Of a stretch of DNA of 32,000 nucleotides, positions 25,232-32,000 are shown one piece after another. Origin of the DNA: Desulfobulbus propionicus DSM 2032 (GTDB taxonomy: Bacteria; Desulfobacterota; Desulfobulbia; Desulfobulbales; Desulfobulbaceae); the NCBI RefSeq assembly GCF_000186885.1, contig NC_014972.1, positions 1,320,001 to 1,352,000 on the forward strand, given 5' to 3'. Below the pieces are notes generated by a model. The model saw only the letters and a list, made by a program, of their open reading frames with translations. It was not told where the DNA came from and ran no database searches. The first letter of the stretch is position 1; each line of letters opens with the position of its first letter. A program made the position numbers and the translations under genes.

Positions 25232-27394
25232 CTAGGAGGAGGCGGTCTGTTCGTCTGGCGGCGCGGGTGCGGCGGCTGGCGGCCGGTCGCCGAGCAGTTG
25301 GCGCAATTTCCTGCTCAGTTCGGAGAAGCGATAGGGTTTGGCCATTACCTCGCTGAAGCCGTAGCTGGCATAATCGGCCATCACCGAGCTGTTGCTGTAG
25401 CCGCTGGACACGATCCCTTTGGCCTGCGGGTCCATGGCCCGTATCCTGGCCATCGCCTCCCTGCCGCCCATGCCGCAGGGCACGATCAGGTCCATGATCA
25501 CCGCGTCGAAGGGCTGGCCCGATTGGAGCGCCAGGGCATACTGTTCCACGGCCTGCTCGCCGTCCTGGGCGAACGTCGCTTGGTATCCCAGGGACGCGAG
25601 CATGGTCCCCAGAATGCTGCAGATCACCTCGTCGTCGTCCATGACTAAAATGGTGCCGCTGCCTTGGATCAGCTCCGTCTTTTCTTCCGGAGGCGCGACG
25701 GGAGCGGACGCCGGGGACAGGGCGGCCGGGAGGAGCAGCGTGAACACGATACCGCCCTCCGGAGCCGGGGTCATGCTCAGGTGTCCTCCATGGTTCTTGA
25801 CGATCGCCTGGGCGGCGGCCACGCCGAGCTCGTGCAGGCTTTCCCTGGAGGAGGGGGCGAACAGATGTTCGCGATTGTCCGACTCGCCCTTTACTCCCTG
25901 ATAGGTGATGGAGAGTGCGACGTATTTCCCCCTGGCCAGGGGCAGGGGATCGCCTGCGGCGACCATGGTGTTGTCGCATCGGATACGGATGGGACCACCG
26001 CCGGGCATGGCCCGGTCGGCATGCATCAGGAGGTTGGTCAGCGCTTGACCGATCTGCCCTTCGTCGGCGTCAATGCTCCAGAGATCGTCGCCCAAGGCGC
26101 AGGTGCAGGTCGATTGGGTTTCTCCCAGGGTAAAACGGCTGCAGCCGGACAACAGATGGGCCACGGTCACCGGGTGTTTTGTCGGAGGACCGTTCTGGGC
26201 GAAGGCAAGGAGCTGACGGGTGACCTCCCTGGCCCTGAGCGCCGTGGCCTCGGCCTTGGTCAGGCGCCTGGACGCTTCGTCCTCCGGCGAAAGCAGGGTT
26301 TTGGCAAAAGCGATGTGCCCCATCACGGCCATGAGAATATTATTGAAGTCGTGGGCCACGCTGTTGGCGAGAAATTGCAGCGATTCCAGTTTCTGGGCCT
26401 TGAGCAGCTCCTGCTCTGCCCATTTGCGCTCGGTGATATCCTCGTAGGCGCCGAGGATGCCGATGATCCTATCCTGTTCATCGCGCAGCGGCGTCTTCGA
26501 GGTGGACAGCCAGATCCGCTTGCCGTCGGGTGTGGTCTGCGCCTCTTCGTAATGCAGCTTGGGCTTGCCGCTGATCATGATGGCAAAGTCATCCTGGCGA
26601 TACATGTCCGCCTGGTCCTTCCAGCCCATGCAGTAATCGTCCAAACCAATCAGTTCCTCCGGTACCTGAAAGCCGGCATCCTGGGCAAAGAGACGGTTGC
26701 AGCCCAGATAGGTCGAGGTCAGATCCTTCCAGAACAGGCGAACCGGAATGGTGTCCAGCACCAGCTTGAAGAGATTGTTGGCCGCGGTGGTCCGTTGCTC
26801 GCTCTCCTTGAGCGCCTGCTCGGTTCGTTTCCGCTCGGAGATGTCGCACAGCACCAGGCGGCACTGCGGATGGCCGTCGGCGCCGGCAGCGGTGCTGGTG
26901 GTCAGGGAGACCCAAAAGGGAGCGCCATCCCCGCGGACCAGCCGCAGTTCACAAGCTTGGGGAACACAGCCGCCGTTTGGTCCCGGAGGCGGGACATGAA
27001 AAACATCCCGGTCCTCCTGGTGAATGAACCGGGCCAACGGCTGGTTGATCAGGACATCACGGTCCACCCCCAGCATGGCGGCGGCTGTCTGGTTGGCTTC
27101 GAGAATCAGGCCGTTGTCGGAGAGCGTACAGTACCCCACGGGAGCGGTATGGTAGAGATCGAAATAGCGCGCCCGTTCGCGGTCCAGTTTCCCCTGGAGC
27201 TGGCGAAGTTCGTCGTTCTGCCGTTCCAGCGCGAGTTGATGGGCGCTCAGTTCGTGGAAGAGCAATCGATGCTCCTCGTCGGGCACGGTATCTGCGGCAT
27301 GGATCGGCACACTATTCGCTTGCTCGGCCGGCGATGTCTCGTTCGACCGGTCGTGATGAGCTGGGCGGCGGGAACGGTCGTCCGGGGTGCTCAT
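25232..27394 (-). CDS. Hybrid sensor kinase-like protein (coiled coil, 3 PAS, HisKA, degenerate HATPase, REC)
   Basis: The start is taken at ATG 27394 (MSTPDD), which follows AAGGAGAG. The H-box SVAHDFNNIL is intact. The ATPase boxes are degenerate (see finding). REC reads ILVMDDDEV...VIMDLIVP...MAKPY. Confidence 0.9.
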   Translation of the reverse strand: MSTPDDRSRRPAHHDRSNETSPAEQANSVPIHAADTVPDEEHRLLFHELSAHQLALERQNDELRQLQGKLDRERARYFDLYHTAPVGYCTLSDNGLILEANQTAAAMLGVDRDVLINQPLARFIHQEDRDVFHVPPPGPNGGCVPQACELRLVRGDGAPFWVSLTTSTAAGADGHPQCRLVLCDISERKRTEQALKESEQRTTAANNLFKLVLDTIPVRLFWKDLTSTYLGCNRLFAQDAGFQVPEELIGLDDYCMGWKDQADMYRQDDFAIMISGKPKLHYEEAQTTPDGKRIWLSTSKTPLRDEQDRIIGILGAYEDITERKWAEQELLKAQKLESLQFLANSVAHDFNNILMAVMGHIAFAKTLLSPEDEASRRLTKAEATALRAREVTRQLLAFAQNGPPTKHPVTVAHLLSGCSRFTLGETQSTCTCALGDDLWSIDADEGQIGQALTNLLMHADRAMPGGGPIRIRCDNTMVAAGDPLPLARGKYVALSITYQGVKGESDNREHLFAPSSRESLHELGVAAAQAIVKNHGGHLSMTPAPEGGIVFTLLLPAALSPASAPVAPPEEKTELIQGSGTILVMDDDEVICSILGTMLASLGYQATFAQDGEQAVEQYALALQSGQPFDAVIMDLIVPCGMGGREAMARIRAMDPQAKGIVSSGYSNSSVMADYASYGFSEVMAKPYRFSELSRKLRQLLGDRPPAAAPAPPDEQTASS

Positions 27395-27569
27395 GGAAAC
27401 TCTCCTTTGACGGGTAAGCGGCAATCATGGCGGTGATCCGTGTCGGCCGTTTCCTGGCGGACAGGCAATGGTGCGAACATGCCTTGCCTGCCCTCCACGC
27501 GCACAGGCAAGGCATAGAGAGTGGAGCCGCCGATCTGGACGGCCAGGAACAGGACCGGACGGGCATCGA

Positions 27570-27593
27570 GGAGAGCGGGCGGAGCCGCTCTCC
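27570..27593 (-). terminator. GC-rich hairpin after the hsp20 stop
   Basis: 9-bp stem GGAGAGCGG / CCGCTCTCC with a 6-nt loop, 13 nt downstream of the hsp20 stop on the minus strand. No U-tract follows. Confidence 0.35.
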
Positions 27594-27605
27594 CGGGAAA
27601 GGAGG

Positions 27606-28145
27606 TTATTCCACCTTGATGGTCGATTTTTTGGCCTTCTCCATTTTGGGAACGATCAATTCGAGCACCCCGTTGGTGAAGGTGGCCTTGGCCTCGCCCT
27701 CCTTGACCGGAGCCGGCAACTCCAGCGTGCGCCGATAGGTGCCGTGGCAGATCTCCCGGTGGTAATATTCCTCCTTTTCCTCCTTCTCCTCCTTGCTCAT
27801 GCTGGCTTCAATGGTCAGGACATTGTTGGTGATGGTGATGGCGATGTCCTTTTTGTCCACACCGGGCAGCTCGGCCTTGATGAGAAAATCCGCCTCCCGG
27901 TCGAGAATGTCGATTGAAGGGGTTTTGCCGGCAAACGGCATCAGTCCGTGACCGGCGAACCTTTCCGGCGCGCCAAGACGAAACTGCTGCCACCGGCGAG
28001 GCAGATATTCCTCGAAAAACCGGTCCATTTCCTTGAAAAAACCAAAATCGGAAAAAAGGTCCGGCCCCCCGAAGGGGGAGAGCGCACCGCGCGGCTGTGC
28101 TTTCTGCACGTCCTGTTTGCTTTGTTCTGGATTTTTATCGGTCAT
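27606..28145 (-). CDS. Hsp20/alpha-crystallin family small heat-shock protein
   Basis: From MTDKNPEQ (ATG 28145, RBS GGAGA). The alpha-crystallin core is PSIDILDREADFLIKAELPGVDKKDIAITI...YRRTLELPAPV...AKATFTNGVLELIVPK. Confidence 0.9.
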   Translation of the reverse strand: MTDKNPEQSKQDVQKAQPRGALSPFGGPDLFSDFGFFKEMDRFFEEYLPRRWQQFRLGAPERFAGHGLMPFAGKTPSIDILDREADFLIKAELPGVDKKDIAITITNNVLTIEASMSKEEKEEKEEYYHREICHGTYRRTLELPAPVKEGEAKATFTNGVLELIVPKMEKAKKSTIKVE

Positions 28146-28325
28146 CAATGTTCTCCACAATGGCTTCAATGGATTCGCCGTGTGGGGCAGCGTGCCGCCC
28201 TCGCAAGCCCTGTTGGCCGTTCCCGTACAACGCGGGACAAGCGAATGGCGGCTGCCCGGTGCCTCGGGATGCCGCCGGGATCCGCACGGCAACGGGATCG
28301 AACGCGCCGCCTCTTCCGGCTCCTG

Positions 28326-28829
28326 TCAGATCGGTTGCACGTTGTCGCCAATGGGGGTGGTGATCTGATATCCCCGCTCCCCCTTGTAGGGGTTGAACAG
28401 CAGGATCGGGCAGGCGGCTCGTTTCAACACCCGGTCGGCGACACTGCCAAGCATGATTTTCTCGATGCCCTGGGCACCGTGCGTGGCCATGACGATCATG
28501 TCGATCTTGTTGTCCATGGCGTAGCGGACAATAATATCCGCCACCTCGCCGATGATCACCGTGCCGCCGCATCCGGGGCTGGCGGCCTTGTGCTGCTCGA
28601 TCAGGGCAGCCATTTTCTTTTTGGCGTTCTCTTCCATTTCCTTCTCCACTTCCGTCACCGAGGCGGGGTAGAAACCCGCGTCGGCGGCCACTTCGGCAAA
28701 ATGGCCGACCACGTGGACAAAGGTGATCGTCGCTCCAAGTTTATTGGCGATGCCGCTGGCAAAGGCAGCCAGATCATCGGTGTGCTGGTGAAAATCGACC
28801 GGTACTAGAATCTGCTGAATGTCTTGCAT
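28326..28829 (-). CDS. Universal stress protein (UspA family)
   Basis: 167 aa. ILVPVDFHQHTDD...DMIVMATHGAQGIEKIMLGSVADRVLKRAACPILL, with RBS GGGAGGAG. Confidence 0.9.
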   Translation of the reverse strand: MQDIQQILVPVDFHQHTDDLAAFASGIANKLGATITFVHVVGHFAEVAADAGFYPASVTEVEKEMEENAKKKMAALIEQHKAASPGCGGTVIIGEVADIIVRYAMDNKIDMIVMATHGAQGIEKIMLGSVADRVLKRAACPILLFNPYKGERGYQITTPIGDNVQPI

Positions 28830-29082
28830 ACGCTCCTCCCTGGAGAATAGTGAACGAATGTCCCGCTTGACGGGCGTTGACCTCTTCCGTCGTGGCCTTC
28901 CTTCGCGGCGGCGAAGGGAACGGCATGGAACGGATTTTCTGCATAAATTTATAAAAAGTGTGTGGTGATTTGGGAATGGAGTTTAATTGGATAAAAATTA
29001 TAGAGAATTTCTATCCCTTTTTCTCCTGGTGGGGCCAGGCACGGCCGGATGGGGTGCTTTGGAACCGCCTGCTCTTCTTCTG

Positions 29083-29718
29083 CTATTTTTTTTTCGTCAA
29101 GGAATGTCGAAGATCGGCCATCTGCTTGTCAAAGCACGCGGGGCAACAGCCGTGGGAAACCCGCACCCCTTTCATTTTGAGCAAATATTCCTCCAGGCTG
29201 TACCAGTCCTTGTCCTGGGGCGTCTGCTGGGCGACCCGAATTTTTTTGCAGTAACTGCAGACCGGGAGAATCGCTTCATACAGCTCCACCTTGCGCAGCA
29301 GATCCTGTTTGACAAGACAGTTGGCCATGCGAAAGAGCAATTCATCGCTGTCGATCGGTTTTTGCAGGAAATCATCCGCGCCCAGGCGCAGGGCGTCGAT
29401 GGCCGCCTGCATGTCCCCATAGCCGGTTAGAATGATCACCATGGTCGAGGCGTTGCGCCGTTTGGCCGTCTTGAGCACCTGGAAGCCGTCAAGTCCCGGC
29501 ATGACCAGATCGGTGATCACCAGATCCCACTGGCCGCTGTCGATCCTGGCAATGGCTTCTTCTCCGCTCGCCGCCTGGGATACCGTGAAGTTGGGCGCGT
29601 CATTGGCCAGGTCGCGGGCAAGGCTCCTGCGGATAAGCGGCTCGTCGTCGACCAGAAGAATGGTTTTCCGGCTACCGCCTTGCCCAACCTGGTGCTGTGT
29701 TGCCTCTGCGTGTACCAT
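29083..29718 (-). CDS. Response regulator: REC domain plus a C-terminal Cys4 (CxxC...CxxC) motif, with no recognisable DNA-binding or enzymatic output
   Basis: ATG 29718 follows GGAGAAAG. REC reads ILLVDDEPLIRR...LVITDLVMPGLDG...IILTGYGDMQAAIDALRLGADDFLQKP. The tail is ILPVCSYCKKIRVAQQTPQDKDWYSLEEYLLKMKGVRVSHGCCPACFDKQM. Confidence 0.88.
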   Translation of the reverse strand: MVHAEATQHQVGQGGSRKTILLVDDEPLIRRSLARDLANDAPNFTVSQAASGEEAIARIDSGQWDLVITDLVMPGLDGFQVLKTAKRRNASTMVIILTGYGDMQAAIDALRLGADDFLQKPIDSDELLFRMANCLVKQDLLRKVELYEAILPVCSYCKKIRVAQQTPQDKDWYSLEEYLLKMKGVRVSHGCCPACFDKQMADLRHSLTKKK

Positions 29719-29942
29719 CGGTGCTTTCTCCGGGCGCCAACTAGTGGGGTGCTGAGATTGATCGGGCGTGGTGGGTTGATCGGGCGGGCGCAATCACTAT
29801 GACGAGAAGGCCGGGAAAAGACAATGGGGCAAAAAATGACAAGGAATAGATAGCCACACTATCCATACGCTTACTGGGGGCGGGGGACGTGTCCGGGCGA
29901 CGGACCGATTCGCGGCTGCATGGGGCGCGGATGGGGGAAAGG

Positions 29943-32000
29943 TCAATCGCCAATGGCCGATTGTTCCAAAGGGCCGTTGATGGGGAGCCGCACGGTGAAG
30001 GTCGACCCGACCCCCGGCGCGCTGTCGACCAGGATTTCTCCCCCGTGGTGCTTGACGATGCCATAACTGACCGACAGCCCCAGGCCGGTGCCCTTGACCT
30101 CGGGCTTGGAGGTGTAAAAGGGTTGGAAGATCAGCTCCAGCTCCTCCGGGCCGATGCCGCTGCCGGTGTCCTGGATGGCGATGGCCACCTGTTGGTCATC
30201 GTGCCAGGTGGTGATGGTGATCATCCCGCCGGGATGGTGACAGGCATCGGCGGCGTTGGTCAGCAGGTTGAGCAGAACCTGCTTGATCTGGTCGGGGACC
30301 GCCATGATCTGCGGCAGGTTGTCGGCGAAATTGCGTTGGAGGACGATTCGCTTTTCCTTGAAATCGCTCTTGTGCAACAACAGCAGCGAATTGAGCGAGC
30401 GATGCACATCCATCAGCGTCTTCCGCCCGGAGGAAGGGCGGTTGAAATCCTGCAAACCGCGGATCAGTTCCTTGATCCGGTCGCTTTCGGCGATGGCCGC
30501 TTCCAGCAGTTCCCGGTCTTCCGCCTCCAGGATGGCTCGTTTCTTCAACCCTTTGAGAACCGAGAGGATACCTTGCAAGGGGTTGTTGAACTCGTGGGCG
30601 ATGGAGGCGGACAGTTTGCCGATGGCCGAGAGTTTTTCCGCATGGAGGAATTTTTTCTGGGTTTCCTCCAGCTCCAAGGTACGTTGGGCCACCCGCCGCC
30701 CTAGATCCTCGTTGGCGACTTGCAGCTGTTGCTGGGCCATCCGCAGGCCCACTTCGTTTTCCCGCAGGATTTCCGCCTGCTTGCGACTGGTGATGTCGAT
30801 GACGATCCCGAGATAGCGAGTGGCCCGGCCGGCATCGTCGAGGATCGGTTTTCCCCGGGACATCAGCCAGCGGCAGTCGCCGCTGCTTGTCACCACCCGC
30901 CATTCGGTGTTGATCTCGCCGCCGCCGACCACGGCGTGACGGATGGTTCGTTCCACCCGCTGGATGTCTTCGGGATGGACCACCTGGCGCCAAAGGGCAG
31001 GGGAGGGCTCAGCACTGCCCGGTTCCAGCCCGTACAGGTGCCAAAGCTCCTCGGACCAGGCCATGCCGCCGGTCAACACATCCCATTCCCAGGAGCCGGC
31101 CTGGGCCGCCTCCTGCGCCAGCCGGAGCCGTTCCTCGCCCGCCCGCAGGGCCACCTCGGCCCGTTTGCGCATGAAGGCCTCGACAATCACCGGCGCGAGA
31201 GCTTCCAGGGTTTCCTGCTCGGCCTGGGTGTAGCCGTTTGCCCGGTTGGCCACCCCCACCATGCCAATCACCTTTCCATTCTGGCGCAGAGGCACCCCGA
31301 GGAAGGTCTCCACCGGCGGATGGCCTGGAGGAAAGCCGATCCGGTCCGGATGGTTGGCCGGGTCATTGGTGAACAGGGACTGGCCGTCGAGCAAAACGCG
31401 ACCATAGAGGCCGTGGAGCTTGAAGTTGCCGGGCGGCTGGTGGCGGTTGCCGTTGTCGGCGATGGAGCAGGCCGCCCAGCCTGGGTCGCTGATGGCGATG
31501 TCGTGCAGGCCGCGGTCGTTGACCTCGCCGATGAAACCGAAGTCGCTGGCGGTCAATTGCTGGACAATCTCCAGGCAGATCGCTCCCAGTTCCTGCTCGG
31601 TCTGGCAGTTGAGGGTGGCCGCGAGCAAGTGATTGATGCCTTGCAACGTGCTGTATTGCCGCTGCCTGTCGGCTTCCAACCGCTTTTGCTCGCTGATGTC
31701 GCGGACGGAAACCACGGCGCCGATAATCGTACCCCGTTTGTCGCGAATGGGGCCAAAGCTGTAGCTGCCCATCCACGTTTGCGTGGTGTCTCTCCGCCGG
31801 AGCGTGTATTCCGCGTTGCTGACCGCCTCGCCGCGCAGCGCCCGCATGACCGGCCAGTTTTCCGGCGGCATCGGTTCGCCGTCGGCCGAGGACAGCTCGA
31901 GCACGGCCAGGTATTCGGCCAGGGTTCGGGGGCAGTCGTTTTTGTCGGGAAATTTGTGGAAGACCGCGAAGGCGTCGTTAAATCGTACCAGCCGCCCATC
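29943..32000 (-). CDS. Sensor histidine kinase (PAS-GAF-PAS-HisKA-HATPase), 5' end beyond the window
   Basis: The frame stays open to position 32000 (DGRLVRFNDAFAVFHKFPDKND... precedes the GTG at 31904). The GAF-like segment is FGFIGEVNDRG...MVGVANR. The H-box is SASIAHEFNNPL, and NLLTNAADA, DTGSGI and GTGLGLSV are present. The transmitter is roughly three-quarters identical, by eye, to that of kinase 18387-20099. Confidence 0.92.
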   Translation of the reverse strand, partial: DGRLVRFNDAFAVFHKFPDKNDCPRTLAEYLAVLELSSADGEPMPPENWPVMRALRGEAVSNAEYTLRRRDTTQTWMGSYSFGPIRDKRGTIIGAVVSVRDISEQKRLEADRQRQYSTLQGINHLLAATLNCQTEQELGAICLEIVQQLTASDFGFIGEVNDRGLHDIAISDPGWAACSIADNGNRHQPPGNFKLHGLYGRVLLDGQSLFTNDPANHPDRIGFPPGHPPVETFLGVPLRQNGKVIGMVGVANRANGYTQAEQETLEALAPVIVEAFMRKRAEVALRAGEERLRLAQEAAQAGSWEWDVLTGGMAWSEELWHLYGLEPGSAEPSPALWRQVVHPEDIQRVERTIRHAVVGGGEINTEWRVVTSSGDCRWLMSRGKPILDDAGRATRYLGIVIDITSRKQAEILRENEVGLRMAQQQLQVANEDLGRRVAQRTLELEETQKKFLHAEKLSAIGKLSASIAHEFNNPLQGILSVLKGLKKRAILEAEDRELLEAAIAESDRIKELIRGLQDFNRPSSGRKTLMDVHRSLNSLLLLHKSDFKEKRIVLQRNFADNLPQIMAVPDQIKQVLLNLLTNAADACHHPGGMITITTWHDDQQVAIAIQDTGSGIGPEELELIFQPFYTSKPEVKGTGLGLSVSYGIVKHHGGEILVDSAPGVGSTFTVRLPINGPLEQSAIGD

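Noticed and set aside
25664-27436. 590-aa + strand ORF
   Set aside because: It lies antisense to kinase gene 25232-27394 and is a shadow ORF.
29086-29094. T9 (A9 on the coding strand) homopolymer as a phase-variation switch
   Set aside because: It encodes the terminal KKK immediately before the stop of the Cys4 regulator. Slippage would change only the last few residues.
1-32000. CRISPR arrays, tRNA/rRNA genes, reverse transcriptase/retron, toxin-antitoxin pairs and prophage genes
   Set aside because: I found no regularly spaced direct repeats, no cloverleaf-like or rRNA-like segments, and no ORFs with the corresponding motifs on reading through the window.

Overview
Apart from the first ~2.5 kb, this is a GC-rich (roughly mid-60s %) bacterial chromosomal segment. 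Long spurious antisense ORFs, typical of high-GC DNA, run opposite almost every real gene. The gene content suggests an anaerobic Desulfobacterota-like organism: multi-PAS cytoplasmic histidine kinases, a REC protein with a C-terminal Cys4 motif, an AmmeMemoRadiSam radical SAM enzyme and flavodoxin/ferredoxin fusions. That taxonomic call is inference only.

The window has two parts.

(1) 1-2545 is a lower-GC accessory patch. It holds a frameshifted RAYT (REP-associated tyrosine transposase) with a REP-like hairpin, and a ~50-aa stub of an integron-integrase-like gene. It also holds an attI-like site and one intact integron gene cassette (768-1655). The cassette has a textbook 112-bp attC and encodes a zinc-ribbon membrane protein of unknown function. 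A 103-bp MITE-like inverted-repeat element abuts the attC core, and a reverse-oriented flavin-reductase-like gene follows.

(2) 2546-32000 is core-like DNA, containing:
- a pncB-pncA-SLC13/TrkA-C transporter operon;
- a divergent Isf-like flavoprotein / HxlR pair;
- srkA;
- two small secreted proteins;
- an Fe-alcohol dehydrogenase;
- a flavodoxin-ferredoxin fusion;
- a DUF4149-LysE-PhnD-like SBP-hybrid HK operon;
- amrS;
- a UshA-like nucleotidase;
- a TsaA-like protein;
- Hsp20 and Usp;
- three further sensor kinases and two response regulators.

The main second-look items are the decayed integron and its cassette, and two single-base frameshifts, one in rayT and one in a REC-PAS-LuxR regulator. 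Others are two paralogous HK-RR modules in inverted orientation with different outputs, a hybrid kinase with a degenerate ATP-binding domain, and an NAD-salvage operon coupled to an uncharacterised transporter. No rRNA, tRNA or CRISPR array was seen. All family assignments come from reading motifs by eye. No database search was run.
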